Origin: an uncultured virus (IMG/VR IMGVR_UViG_3300028888_000009)
Taxonomy: Duplodnaviria; Heunggongvirae; Uroviricota; Caudoviricetes
IMG/VR virus record: IMGVR_UViG_3300028888_000009
Reading direction: 5' to 3' (one strand)
DNA: 64,000 nt
Part shown: positions 42,673 to 52,078 of the stretch, piece by piece
Position numbering within the stretch: position 1 is the stretch's first letter
Layout: every line of letters begins with the position of its first letter
Translations under genes and position numbers: made by a program
Notes under the pieces: generated by a model
Databases searched by the model: none
Seen by the model: the letters and a program-made list of their open reading frames with translations, nothing else
What the model was told of the DNA's origin: nothing

Positions 42673-42956
42673 AAGTATTAGATTTAGTTCTCAAACACAA
42701 GTGGTACGACATGATAGACCGTGGCGAAAAGAAAGAGGAATACCGCCGTATAAATCAGTATTGGATTAACCGTTTTTGCGGGAAAGAAAATCAAATCAAA
42801 CACTTCGATTTTGTTAAGTTTCATAGAGGATATACAAACAAGACTACTATGGTGTTTGTTGTTGACAACTTTACCGTAGGGCAAGGCAATACAGATTGGG
42901 GCGCACCCGAAAACGAAGAAACATTCATCATCAAACTTGGGAGGAGGGAAAAGTAA
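42669..42956 (+). CDS. ASCH-like domain protein
   Basis: LDLVLKHKWYDMIDRGEKKEEYR...FHRGY...WGAP. Confidence 0.7.
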   Translation: MKVLDLVLKHKWYDMIDRGEKKEEYRRINQYWINRFCGKENQIKHFDFVKFHRGYTNKTTMVFVVDNFTVGQGNTDWGAPENEETFIIKLGRREK

Positions 42957-43765
42957 TGACCAACAACTACGAAGAAAAATATAAGCAAGCTCTTGAAAGA
43001 GCAAGAGAGAGTTATAAAAAAAGCATAGAACAAGGATGGACTTGTGATAAAGAAATCTATGAGCAAATCTTCCCAGAACTCAGTGAGTCCGAGGATGAGA
43101 GGATAAGGAAAGGTCTTATAGAACATCTAAAGGAACTTAAAGAGCAATCAGTTGAGGGTTCTCATTTAAAGCGTCCAGAGCATTATGACGCTTGGCTTGC
43201 TTGGCTTGAAAAACAAGGTAAGCAGAATTCTACTCCTAAGTTTAAAATTGGCGACACCATCCATAAAATAGGAGAGAACACCGTTTTTCCGAGAACCATT
43301 GAAAAGATAGAAGATGGAGATTATGTATGTAATAACAGCCATTCGTTTGTAAACATAAAGTTTCAAGATGACTACGAACTTGTAGAGCAGAAGTCTGCTA
43401 ATAAAGTTGAACCAAGATTTGAAGTTGGGGATTGTATTAGATACCGTGGTGACAATTATAAAATCAAAGACATTGAAACAACTAAGAATGGTTTCATTTA
43501 TAATGTGGCTGTAATCGGCAAACCATCTGACCCTGAAGAAGTAAAAACTGCAATAGGAATCGCTGCTGAGAAAGATATAGTTAAAATTGAACAATCATCC
43601 ACCGATTGGAGTGAAGAGGATGAAAAACAGATACGGCAGATTGAAAGAATTGTTAAAGATTCTGGTGCTTCTACAAATTTGCAAAATAAAATCAGCGATT
43701 GGCTCAAATCCATCAAGCCTCAATCACATTGGAAGCCAAGTGAGGAACAGATGGAAGGAATGTAA
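42956..43765 (+). CDS. Mosaic repeat-module phage protein
   Basis: MTNNYEEKYKQALERA..., ESEDERIRK, PKFKIGD/PRFEVGD, WSEEDE and WKPSEEQM modules. Confidence 0.65.
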   Translation: MTNNYEEKYKQALERARESYKKSIEQGWTCDKEIYEQIFPELSESEDERIRKGLIEHLKELKEQSVEGSHLKRPEHYDAWLAWLEKQGKQNSTPKFKIGDTIHKIGENTVFPRTIEKIEDGDYVCNNSHSFVNIKFQDDYELVEQKSANKVEPRFEVGDCIRYRGDNYKIKDIETTKNGFIYNVAVIGKPSDPEEVKTAIGIAAEKDIVKIEQSSTDWSEEDEKQIRQIERIVKDSGASTNLQNKISDWLKSIKPQSHWKPSEEQMEGM

Positions 43766-43767
43766 AA

Positions 43768-44412
43768 ATGAAATGTAGTCAAATTAAAGTTGGTGATAGG
43801 TTTGGTAGGCTTATCGTTTTAGAAGAAGTTGAACCTATTTATGGGAAACAAAAGATACGAAGGTATCTTTGTCAGTGCGATTGTGGAAATACAAAAATAG
43901 TAAGATACAACAACTTACTTTATGATGGCACAAGGTCTTGTGGGTGTTTGGTTCATGAAGGGCTTGGAAGAAAATACCCTAAAAAGTTAGTAGATTCAAG
44001 ATTATATGTTATCTGGAACTCAATAAAAGAAAGATGTTATTGTCCGAATAATACGTCATATCCAAGATACGGAGCAAAAGGTATATCAATGTGCGACCAA
44101 TGGAGACAAAATTTTATGTCCTTCTATAATTGGGCGATTTCTAATGGTTATTCTGATGAGTTAAGTATTGATAGAATAATCGGAACAGGTAACTATGAGC
44201 CATCAAATTGTAGATGGGTTTCAGATATAATACAATCTAACAACCGAAGTTCTAACGTTAGAATAACATACAATGATGAAACACATACTATTGCTGAGTG
44301 GTGTAGAATTACAGGAATACAACCACAAACTTTATATTACAGGCTGAATCGCGCAAAGTGGTCAGTTGAAAAAGCGTTAATGACACCAGTAAAACAAAAT
44401 AAAAAACTATAA
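43768..44412 (+). CDS. HNH-like homing endonuclease
   Basis: GDRFGRL...CQCDCG...SCGC...RLYVIW...LSIDRI...GNYEPSNCRW; AT-rich. Confidence 0.8.
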   Translation: MKCSQIKVGDRFGRLIVLEEVEPIYGKQKIRRYLCQCDCGNTKIVRYNNLLYDGTRSCGCLVHEGLGRKYPKKLVDSRLYVIWNSIKERCYCPNNTSYPRYGAKGISMCDQWRQNFMSFYNWAISNGYSDELSIDRIIGTGNYEPSNCRWVSDIIQSNNRSSNVRITYNDETHTIAEWCRITGIQPQTLYYRLNRAKWSVEKALMTPVKQNKKL

Positions 44413-44414
44413 TT

Positions 44415-44942
44415 ATGGAAAGATTTAACTTAGACATTTGGCTCCAAGCCAAGAGCCGCAAAGTAGTGACAAGGGACAGAAAACCAGTTAGAATTGTTTG
44501 CTGGGATAAACTTGGAGACTATCCTATTATTGGTTGCATAAAATATTCAGATGATTATGAAGATTTTGAAACTTACAATATTGATGGTTCAAAGTACTCT
44601 TTCAATAGAGAAGACCCAAATGACCTTTTCTTTGCAGACGAGGAATTGACTGAGTTTGAGAAAGAACTTCAAACAATAATTTCTGAAGCATCACATTGGA
44701 CTTCTGAAGACGGGAGTATATCCACTTATTGTCAATTTGGGGATAAAGAAATAAAGAAGATTTCTGCACAGGTTCTCGACTTGGCAAGAAAGGAAATCTT
44801 GAAAGACTTACCGAAGTGGAAGGATGTAAGTGGAAAAAACGGTGCTGGAACAAAAGATTACAAAATTGTTGGATATTATCTTGTAAAAGGTAATTATGCA
44901 ATATATCTTGAAGATTTAGAAAAATTACCAAAAGAAGAATAA
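44415..44942 (+). CDS. Hypothetical phage protein
   Basis: KVVTRDRKPVRIVCWD...DLFFADE. Confidence 0.65.
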   Translation: MERFNLDIWLQAKSRKVVTRDRKPVRIVCWDKLGDYPIIGCIKYSDDYEDFETYNIDGSKYSFNREDPNDLFFADEELTEFEKELQTIISEASHWTSEDGSISTYCQFGDKEIKKISAQVLDLARKEILKDLPKWKDVSGKNGAGTKDYKIVGYYLVKGNYAIYLEDLEKLPKEE

Positions 44943-44945
44943 ACT

Positions 44946-45188
44946 ATGAAAAAACTAATCCTATTATTAGTACTTGCATTTGTAATGTGTGGGTGTGTTC
45001 AAAAAGAAGAAGATGGTTCTCTTAAATTAAACACAGGCCTATTAAACGAGAGTCATGTTGTAATTATTGATTCGTGTGAATACATCAGTTATAACGGAGG
45101 TTATGGCCTTGCTCACAAAGGTAACTGCAAGTATTGCGCTGAACGCAGAATAAAAGAACAAGAAGAACTAATAAATAAAATCAAGTAA
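44946..45188 (+). CDS. Small putative lipoprotein
   Basis: MKKLILLLVLAFVMCG-C signal/lipobox; HKGNCKYC. Confidence 0.65.
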   Translation: MKKLILLLVLAFVMCGCVQKEEDGSLKLNTGLLNESHVVIIDSCEYISYNGGYGLAHKGNCKYCAERRIKEQEELINKIK

Positions 45189-45190
45189 CA

Positions 45191-45511
45191 ATGAAAGCAA
45201 TTAGAAAATCAGACGGTAAAATTATTGATGTTGAGGTTCATGGATGGAATGGCGATTGTGCCGTTTCGTATCATACAAACTTCAAGGACTTTTATAAACC
45301 AGAAGACCTTGACTTCAATATTCCACAGGAAACAGAACAACCAAGTTCCTTTGACTGGCAATCCTTCCGAGCAGAAGTGGCGAAGGATATTCTGTGTGCG
45401 ATGATTCAAGATGGATACTATGGGGAGGATATAACTGTTCATCAGTCAGAATTGGCTGTTGGATATGCCAATGAATTATGTAAACAACTCAAAGAAAAGG
45501 AGGAGAAATGA
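45191..45511 (+). CDS. Hypothetical protein
   Basis: 106-aa ORF. Confidence 0.6.
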   Translation: MKAIRKSDGKIIDVEVHGWNGDCAVSYHTNFKDFYKPEDLDFNIPQETEQPSSFDWQSFRAEVAKDILCAMIQDGYYGEDITVHQSELAVGYANELCKQLKEKEEK

Positions 45512-45909
45512 AACAAATTACCGAGGACTATTGCAACAAAGATATTTCCGTTATGTTGAAGGAAAAAGGATTTGACGTCCCTGTCAAAAACCACTTCTCA
45601 TTGAATAAAGATGCTATGCTTCACAATCTTGATAAAAAATATGGAGCAAAGAAAAACTGGAACGCTTTCGAGATTTGCATATCAAGACCTTCTCAATCCC
45701 TCGCTCTCAAATGGCTGAGGGAAGTGCATAATATCCATATCGAAATAAGGTATATGCCGAGTCAATTCACCGACGAGCCGACTTACAAAGCTATGATTTG
45801 GAATATGGACACGGAGATTGGAACACCTTTGTCGCCTGATATTTCATATACATATTTTGAAACTTGCATTGAAGAAGCACTAAAATACACACTTGAAAAC
45901 TTGATTTGA
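45508..45909 (+). CDS. Hypothetical phage protein
   Basis: LKEKGF...PSQSLALKWLREVHNIHI. Confidence 0.65.
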   Translation: MKQITEDYCNKDISVMLKEKGFDVPVKNHFSLNKDAMLHNLDKKYGAKKNWNAFEICISRPSQSLALKWLREVHNIHIEIRYMPSQFTDEPTYKAMIWNMDTEIGTPLSPDISYTYFETCIEEALKYTLENLI

Positions 45910-45910
45910 T

Positions 45911-46228
45911 ATGACAGACCTTAGAAAAATCTACAAAGACCTTAAAGACATAACTCTTGAAGAAAGGGTGTTTCTTATTATCCAACTGATGAAAGAAAAC
46001 AAGTTGTCTTACCAAGACATCACAACAGCCTATGTTGATTGGTTAAAATATCAAAAAGAAAACATGTCAGATGATTACCAACAATTAAAAAGTAAGGTGC
46101 TTGAGATGTGGTGTTATCCTGCAAAGGAAAGAAATACAAGATTAAAAGACACCATGCACTATTTACTGGATAAAGGACAAGTGAACATTTCACATGGACA
46201 AATAAATGATAAGGATTTGACAAAATGA
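45911..46228 (+). CDS. Hypothetical protein
   Basis: 105-aa ORF. Confidence 0.55.
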   Translation: MTDLRKIYKDLKDITLEERVFLIIQLMKENKLSYQDITTAYVDWLKYQKENMSDDYQQLKSKVLEMWCYPAKERNTRLKDTMHYLLDKGQVNISHGQINDKDLTK

Positions 46229-46527
46229 ACAACGAAGAGAAAGCCAATAAAATAGCAATGCCTTGCCCTGCATGTCCTTGTATTTGGACAAAAGAAAAAA
46301 TGTATAATCAAGAATATTGCAAAGATTGTGTTTCACAAGATAGATTTACTGGGGCAATGGAAATGGCTAAATGGAAAGACGAGCAATTCAAGCATCTTCT
46401 CATTGAAAAAACAAAACTCCTATCCTCATCGGCAGCGCAGGATTCAGTCAAGCGATGCACAATTGAGGAAATCTACCGAGAACTATTCAACGAAGAAATA
46501 CCAAATTCAAATCCTTACATAAAATGA
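46225..46527 (+). CDS. Hypothetical protein
   Basis: ATGA-coupled; AMEMAKWKDEQ. Confidence 0.55.
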   Translation: MNNEEKANKIAMPCPACPCIWTKEKMYNQEYCKDCVSQDRFTGAMEMAKWKDEQFKHLLIEKTKLLSSSAAQDSVKRCTIEEIYRELFNEEIPNSNPYIK

Positions 46528-46949
46528 ACGAAATACTACAAAAACGGATTGAGGAAGCGGCAAAAAGATATGCTTGGAGCCACGATACAATAGGTGTTGA
46601 TAAAGAAACTTTTCATACTGAATCGTCACAAAAAGCACCGATACCAATTCATAAAGAGGTAAGAGTTCCAATTCATCACGAAATGGAAGTTGTGTTTAAT
46701 TGTGCAGCACATTTCATTCTCAACAATCTTTGGATTTCAGTTGAGGAAGCGTTGCCAACACTTGATGAAAAGTATGACTTTTCCGAAAGATATATTGTTA
46801 GAACGCAAAACAATGAAATAAAAGTTATGCGAATCTTTAGAAATATTGCATGGTGTGATATTTATAGAGGAGGTGCATATATACCTTTTGAAAAAGATAT
46901 AGTTACACATTGGATGCCTATCCCAAGTCTGGAAGGAGGTGAGAAATGA
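46524..46949 (+). CDS. DUF551-like protein
   Basis: WISVEEALP...VTHWMPIP. Confidence 0.7.
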   Translation: MNEILQKRIEEAAKRYAWSHDTIGVDKETFHTESSQKAPIPIHKEVRVPIHHEMEVVFNCAAHFILNNLWISVEEALPTLDEKYDFSERYIVRTQNNEIKVMRIFRNIAWCDIYRGGAYIPFEKDIVTHWMPIPSLEGGEK

Positions 46950-47122
46950 ATATAGAAAAACAACTTAGAATGGCAATGGCTCTTATTCAAGATGCAAAAG
47001 AATGTTTATCTCCGATGAATAATGAGGATTCAATTCTATGGGATATAACTTGTGAACTTGAGTGTGCAAGACAAGATATAGAATCAAGATTATCAAAGTA
47101 TATATCAAGTGATGAACTATGA
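46946..47122 (+). CDS. Hypothetical protein
   Basis: 58-aa ORF, ATGA-coupled at both ends. Confidence 0.5.
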   Translation: MNIEKQLRMAMALIQDAKECLSPMNNEDSILWDITCELECARQDIESRLSKYISSDEL

Positions 47123-47367
47123 ACAAAGACACAATAATAGGTATTTACAATGACTATGAGCGTTCCTATCTCATCACCATCATTGACCTTGCTGCTGATA
47201 TCAAGCGAGGTTGGACTCACTACACACCGAAGCAATACTGCGATTGGAGATACAACACTTGCCTTGAAAGGTTTGTCTACGACCCATATACAGGAGAAAA
47301 GATAGATTGGAAAGAAGTTAGAAAACTATTAGAAAAATATATTGAATCGTGGAAGAAAACGAATTAG
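47119..47367 (+). CDS. Hypothetical protein
   Basis: 82 aa; DPYTGEKIDW. Confidence 0.55.
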   Translation: MNKDTIIGIYNDYERSYLITIIDLAADIKRGWTHYTPKQYCDWRYNTCLERFVYDPYTGEKIDWKEVRKLLEKYIESWKKTN

Positions 47368-47540
47368 TTAAAGCATCCGACTGCAAGTGCTGCGAATGTG
47401 GAGAGCCTGCAGTAGCTTTTTGGCCAGTCATTGACCCAGATATTCCAAGTTATCCGTATTGTCGGAAATGCCTTGACAAAGCAAAACAAGAACTTATGAT
47501 ACAACTATTGAAGATTGACGAAAAATACGAAAAGAAATGA
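47349..47540 (+). CDS. Small zinc-finger-like protein
   Basis: CCEC...YCRKC. Confidence 0.55.
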   Translation: MEENELVKASDCKCCECGEPAVAFWPVIDPDIPSYPYCRKCLDKAKQELMIQLLKIDEKYEKK

Positions 47541-48319
47541 TAGATTTCTGCAACTACAAGTGGACTACCGCGATGGAAGGCGGTCGGCAAATACACACTG
47601 GGCAGCCTTGGATGTTGTACGACGAGGATTGTGTCAAGACTTCTTCGAGAATGGTCGATGGCATTCTTATCCACAAAGGCAGCGACCAAAGCGGCAACTA
47701 CGCTGAACTGATTGCCACGAATAAGCCGAAGGAAATACACCATTGGGACGGAAAGGTCTACAACCCAACCGTTGCTTGCGGTCTGCTTCGCTCAGTTGAC
47801 ACATTCGGTTACGGCAGATTTAGTGCCGAAATAATGTTGCCTAAAGGCAAGAACCTATGGCCTGCGTTTTGGCTTATCGGTGACGGCAAAGAGGATTGGC
47901 CTGCCGTGGGAGAGATAGACATTATGGAAGGATGGACTAACCAATTTGGAGGCTACTTCCGCTTCGGCATCCCTCAGCCTCCGTACCTCGTCCCGAGTTG
48001 GAACACAACAACTAATGTGCATTGGGGAAATGATAAAGAACACCACGAAAGTTGTGGTAGCCGTAGGTTGCCAATCATCTTCTCGCTGAAACGACCTGCA
48101 CACCGATTCGTCAAGTACGAGGTGGAGTGGCGACCGAACACCATCACATTCTATGCCAACGGACATAGAGTAAGAACCTATGGATGGGAAGTGGCAGAAC
48201 ACTTGTTGGGCAAGAAGATGCGCGTAATCTTCGACTTGTGGACTACGGGCAAGGACTTCGCTTGTGACACACCAATGAAAATTAGGAACTTTGAATATCT
48301 TCCTCTTGATTTACTTTAG
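47537..48319 (+). CDS. Glycoside hydrolase family 16 (laminarinase-like)
   Basis: FGYGRFSAEIMLPKG..LWPAFWL...WP..GEIDIMEG, with the catalytic E-x-D-x-x-E; Y.VEWRP..ITFY. Confidence 0.88.
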   Translation: MIDFCNYKWTTAMEGGRQIHTGQPWMLYDEDCVKTSSRMVDGILIHKGSDQSGNYAELIATNKPKEIHHWDGKVYNPTVACGLLRSVDTFGYGRFSAEIMLPKGKNLWPAFWLIGDGKEDWPAVGEIDIMEGWTNQFGGYFRFGIPQPPYLVPSWNTTTNVHWGNDKEHHESCGSRRLPIIFSLKRPAHRFVKYEVEWRPNTITFYANGHRVRTYGWEVAEHLLGKKMRVIFDLWTTGKDFACDTPMKIRNFEYLPLDLL

Positions 48320-48726
48320 ACTGGCGACTCCTTCTTATAGAGTTTTCGCAGCAGATCATCAATCTCAATGTTGGCTCGCTCCACATACTTTGCCCTGAAG
48401 TCGGGGCGCACACTCGCCAGCCAGTCGGCCATCATGTAGTTCACCACATACATACGGGCATTGTCGGCAGCACCCACAGGCTCCGTCCGTGCGAACACAT
48501 ACTGAGCCGAGTTGTCGGCCAGCACCGCGCCCGTCAAAAATTCGTGCATCTTCTCCGCTAACTTGCTCGTTGCTTCCTTCCAAGCACCCATCAGCGAGTC
48601 ATACGCCTGGTCGTCAATCACCACCTGCTCGAACTCGCTCACCCCATCCTGACGGACAAAGGTGCGGCTTGCGTTGGTACTCTCTGCGTACAGCAGGTTC
48701 TTCACTTCTTGTTTCGTAATTTCCAT
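48316..48726 (-). CDS. Ring/adaptor-like virion protein, paralog 5
   Basis: YVVNYMMADWL...P...KY...LYKKESP matches the C-termini of the 4914-6874 proteins. Confidence 0.55.
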   Translation of the reverse strand: MEITKQEVKNLLYAESTNASRTFVRQDGVSEFEQVVIDDQAYDSLMGAWKEATSKLAEKMHEFLTGAVLADNSAQYVFARTEPVGAADNARMYVVNYMMADWLASVRPDFRAKYVERANIEIDDLLRKLYKKESPV

Positions 48727-48784
48727 TTCTCTTTAATTTAAGGTAACACCCAGCAAGTATGCTGCCGAAGCTCGCCTGCTGGGT

Positions 48785-49369
48785 TTATTTTATAATATTC
48801 ATTCTATAACTCACTCCTGCCCCTGCTAACCACTTGCCTTCGTGGTTGACCGCTCCGTAGGCAGAGAAAGTCGTTTTCCTTGCGTTGTAGCGCATTTCCC
48901 AGACAAGGCAAGGATTTATACTCTTGTCTGTATAGAAAGCCGCTGCACCAAAATCTAAGGTCAATCTCGGCATTTTTGCAACCTCATAAGGCTGACGGAT
49001 AATCTCGGTCGTGTGATGGGCATACACCCTCACGCTGTCAAGGGCAGGGTCTACTCCGCTGTACCACACCTCCACCGTGTCGGTCACGCCATAGTACCGA
49101 TGCTCGTAAGGCAAAGTGACAAACATCGTGTCGTTCCTCCACATCGTATCGTGTACGGCAACGGGGTAGAGTCGGTTGACGAAACGAATCAACGTATCAA
49201 CCCTTGGCTCTACCAGCGTCACCGTGTCTACTCTCTCAATGCGGATGGTGTCGGCAATAGGCGGTTGCATCTTCTCGCCACGAATCTTCCAACCTGCCAA
49301 AAACGAGGCAAGCATCAAACCCATAGCAAGCAGCACAGCCAACAACAATATCTTAATCTTCTCCGTCAT
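48785..49369 (-). CDS. Spanin-like membrane-anchored lysis protein
   Basis: Start MTEKIKILL; N-terminal TM, DT(I/V)-rich extended region, beta-strand-like C-terminus; last gene of the lysis cassette. Confidence 0.5.
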   Translation of the reverse strand: MTEKIKILLLAVLLAMGLMLASFLAGWKIRGEKMQPPIADTIRIERVDTVTLVEPRVDTLIRFVNRLYPVAVHDTMWRNDTMFVTLPYEHRYYGVTDTVEVWYSGVDPALDSVRVYAHHTTEIIRQPYEVAKMPRLTLDFGAAAFYTDKSINPCLVWEMRYNARKTTFSAYGAVNHEGKWLAGAGVSYRMNIIK

Positions 49370-49506
49370 CGCACATTCCTTGTAATGAACTCCATTATCC
49401 CTTGCACATCGGCACATACCTCTGCCTCGTCCTTGTAGTCCTTGGAACGCAAGGCAGGCACTTCCTCCTCGCCGTCTCTACGGCATGTAATCGTAACGTG
49501 TGTCAT
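49366..49506 (-). CDS. Hypothetical protein (46 aa)
   Basis: MTHVTITCRRDG...; TAATG and ATGA overlaps with both neighbours. Confidence 0.5.
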   Translation of the reverse strand: MTHVTITCRRDGEEEVPALRSKDYKDEAEVCADVQGIMEFITRNVR

Positions 49507-50363
49507 TATTGCTTCCTCCTTCTCTTTATCTCACCTATAACCTTTCCAATCTCTTTCATTTCTTCGTGTGTAAAATACTTGTTTCTTGCCGCATTGCATT
49601 CAACACAACACGGAACAACATTATCCATCGTATGACCCTTGTTGTTGTCTATCCTGTCGCAACCAATCCTCTTGTCGTCTCCACAATAGACGCATTTTTG
49701 AGTCAGTATGTTGTCAATCATCCATTCAATAGTGATGTCGCATGTATTAACGCCAAGTTTCTTGTCTCTGCATTTATAAGATGAAATCATCTTAGAAGCC
49801 TTTGCTCTAACATTTACACCAGCGTCCTTGTAGTCTTTTGCCTTCTTATCATCTCTCTTCTTCTTGACACCATATACAACCTCCTCTGGTGTATATTCTC
49901 TAACCTTGCTATAATACCTGATGGACATTGCGTTCCTTGGTATTCCCGTTTTCAGACTCCATTGTGTCAGGTTGAGTGTTTCATCGCCTATTGTTATGTA
50001 TACACCAGCCTTCATATCAGCTGCGACCTCTTTTGTAACCCAAGCGTAGTTGTCAATACTAAACGGCTTACTTATGTCAAGCCGCCTTAGCACAAGGCCT
50101 TTCTCGTAACTTCCTACAACATCATTGTAAAATGTTCTAAAGTTTTTCCACCTCTCATCAATTCCAGCCTTCTTCCCTTTCTTGGTAAACATTATAGCCC
50201 GCCAAGAATTAAATATATATGGGTTTTCTTTCTTTAGGTCGCCGATGTAATCTGGTCTGAGTTTGGCACTTTCACGAAGAGACTCAGACTTCTTCTTCCT
50301 CTGTTCAAGAGGAAGGTCTTCGTGTCCTTTCACAAACTGTCCCTTCTCGTTCCTTAGTGCCAT
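49506..50363 (-). CDS. HNH endonuclease
   Basis: CVYCG...IGCDRIDNNKGHTMDNVVPCCVECN; AT-rich; within the lysis cassette. Confidence 0.8.
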   Translation of the reverse strand: MALRNEKGQFVKGHEDLPLEQRKKKSESLRESAKLRPDYIGDLKKENPYIFNSWRAIMFTKKGKKAGIDERWKNFRTFYNDVVGSYEKGLVLRRLDISKPFSIDNYAWVTKEVAADMKAGVYITIGDETLNLTQWSLKTGIPRNAMSIRYYSKVREYTPEEVVYGVKKKRDDKKAKDYKDAGVNVRAKASKMISSYKCRDKKLGVNTCDITIEWMIDNILTQKCVYCGDDKRIGCDRIDNNKGHTMDNVVPCCVECNAARNKYFTHEEMKEIGKVIGEIKRRRKQ

Positions 50364-50365
50364 AA

Positions 50366-50827
50366 TCAGACAATTTCAATGGTTATTTCTTCTCCTCTAT
50401 CACGGGCTGCAATAAGCAAGTCCATCAACTTATAGAATGTGTTGGCAGAGTTTATTACCTTGCCCTTGACTTTGTTCTCTCCTACAATCACACATCCAAG
50501 CGTGGAGTCTTGGTCTGTGCCAACATGAATTAGAACACCGCTATAACACGGTACACCTATCAAGCGCGGAACTACGCCGCCATACTTCTTCGCCCAGTAA
50601 CGATACCTGAACTTTGAAGACACGGTGTTCATGTCAATCTTGTACTTGCCGCAAGGGATTGCCGTTTCGCCTGGCACCTTAATCCGATTGATCTTGTTCG
50701 ATGGCATATCGGAGGACAAACCTCTGTCCTTGTCCTCGATGGTGTCGCACACATACTTCCCGTCAACATACAAGCTGCCGATGGTGTACTTCTCACCCTT
50801 GTATCTTCTCCTTAGTTTAAGTTCCAT
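50366..50827 (-). CDS. DUF5675-family putative endolysin
   Basis: YTIGSLY...CDTIED.DRGL...GETAIPCGKY...PRL..VP...GVLIH.G...TLGCVIVG. Confidence 0.8.
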   Translation of the reverse strand: MELKLRRRYKGEKYTIGSLYVDGKYVCDTIEDKDRGLSSDMPSNKINRIKVPGETAIPCGKYKIDMNTVSSKFRYRYWAKKYGGVVPRLIGVPCYSGVLIHVGTDQDSTLGCVIVGENKVKGKVINSANTFYKLMDLLIAARDRGEEITIEIV

Positions 50828-50864
50828 AACTATTCGTAGTCTGGTTAGTCTTCGTTAACTATCT

Positions 50865-51140
50865 TCATAACGCAATCGGTATTGCGAGTAATGAACCGAC
50901 CAAGCCACCGAACATCGTGGCTACAAAGTCGGCTACATTCGGAACTCCGTGCTTGACATCCCAAGCCTCCTTGATGCCACCGACAACGGCAGCGACAAGG
51001 AAAGCGAGAAATGCGCTCCACCACACCGTAGTGGCAAGGTCAAGCAAGGCGAAGGCTATCTGCGCCACGACCATCCCTGCGATAAAGTGGAGGCACTTGT
51101 CTGCTTTGAGGCTATACAGCCAGTCAATTATCTTCTTCAT
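50865..51140 (-). CDS. Membrane protein
   Basis: DKCLHFIAG...KEAWD...DFVAT..GG; three TM segments. Confidence 0.65.
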   Translation of the reverse strand: MKKIIDWLYSLKADKCLHFIAGMVVAQIAFALLDLATTVWWSAFLAFLVAAVVGGIKEAWDVKHGVPNVADFVATMFGGLVGSLLAIPIAL

Positions 51141-51469
51141 AGGCCGTACCATCCGAATATCCAACTAATCAACATTGCGATGCCGACACCGATGGCGTTG
51201 CCGATGACGATAGGAAACCAATACCAAGGTGTCCACTTGTCGTGCTTGATGAGCGCACGGATGGCCTCAATGATAGGAGGCAGGACAATGCCGCCGAGGA
51301 GCAAGACCATCAGCAGGTAATACATTGCGTCGCCTCTCCAACCGAGGGCGGCGAACAGCGTCACAAGGACGGCTGAGATTAGGATGCACCAAAGATGCAC
51401 CACGTTGGCCTTGATGCTGTCACCAAGGCAGATGGAATGTTCATTGAGCCACTGTGCTAATTTCTTCAT
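51137..51469 (-). CDS. Membrane protein
   Basis: Three hydrophobic segments; ATGA-coupled. Confidence 0.6.
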   Translation of the reverse strand: MKKLAQWLNEHSICLGDSIKANVVHLWCILISAVLVTLFAALGWRGDAMYYLLMVLLLGGIVLPPIIEAIRALIKHDKWTPWYWFPIVIGNAIGVGIAMLISWIFGWYGL

Positions 51470-51494
51470 GATATAATAGTTTTAATGGTTAAGT

Positions 51495-51989
51495 TTATTC
51501 TATTTCTTCTTCTATTTCTTCCTCCGCTTCTTCCTCTTTCGCTTCTATCGGTTCGGTAGGCTCAAGAACATCCTCAAAGTCGGGTCTACGGAAGATGCGA
51601 GCAATCAGCTTGATGATGTTGACTTTTTGCTTGATGCCCTTGTATTCTAAGTAGTTGTCGATGATGGACGACAGCTCGATGATGCACACCACCGCCATGA
51701 TGATGACCGACAGTAAGGGCAAGCCGAACACGCTGCCGAAGTTGATGCCAACAAGCGTTGCGATACTCAGCCAGCAGATATAGTCAACCAACTTGTTGAG
51801 ACTTCTCCTCACGGCTCTTGACGGACGTATCTTCTCGCCTCGCTTTTTGGCTGCTGCGATACCGAATCTCAAATCACCAAGGATTAGGATGACGGCCAGG
51901 ATGAGAAACCACAGCATTTGCTGCCATCCTTCGATGAATGGCGACAGCACCGCCGCAGTGAAGCCTCCTATTACATTTCTTTCGTTCAT
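51495..51989 (-). CDS. Phage holin
   Basis: ILGDLRFGI.AAKKRGEKIRPSRAVRRSLNKLVDY...ELSSIIDN; acidic tail. Confidence 0.8.
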   Translation of the reverse strand: MNERNVIGGFTAAVLSPFIEGWQQMLWFLILAVILILGDLRFGIAAAKKRGEKIRPSRAVRRSLNKLVDYICWLSIATLVGINFGSVFGLPLLSVIIMAVVCIIELSSIIDNYLEYKGIKQKVNIIKLIARIFRRPDFEDVLEPTEPIEAKEEEAEEEIEEEIE

Positions 51990-52078
51990 TGTCTTATCTC
52001 CTTTCATTTACACCCAAAAGGCGGGGTTTCTCATCGTAGCGTTTTTTACAATTTCGGTCATGGTTTGTTTCCTTTTTT

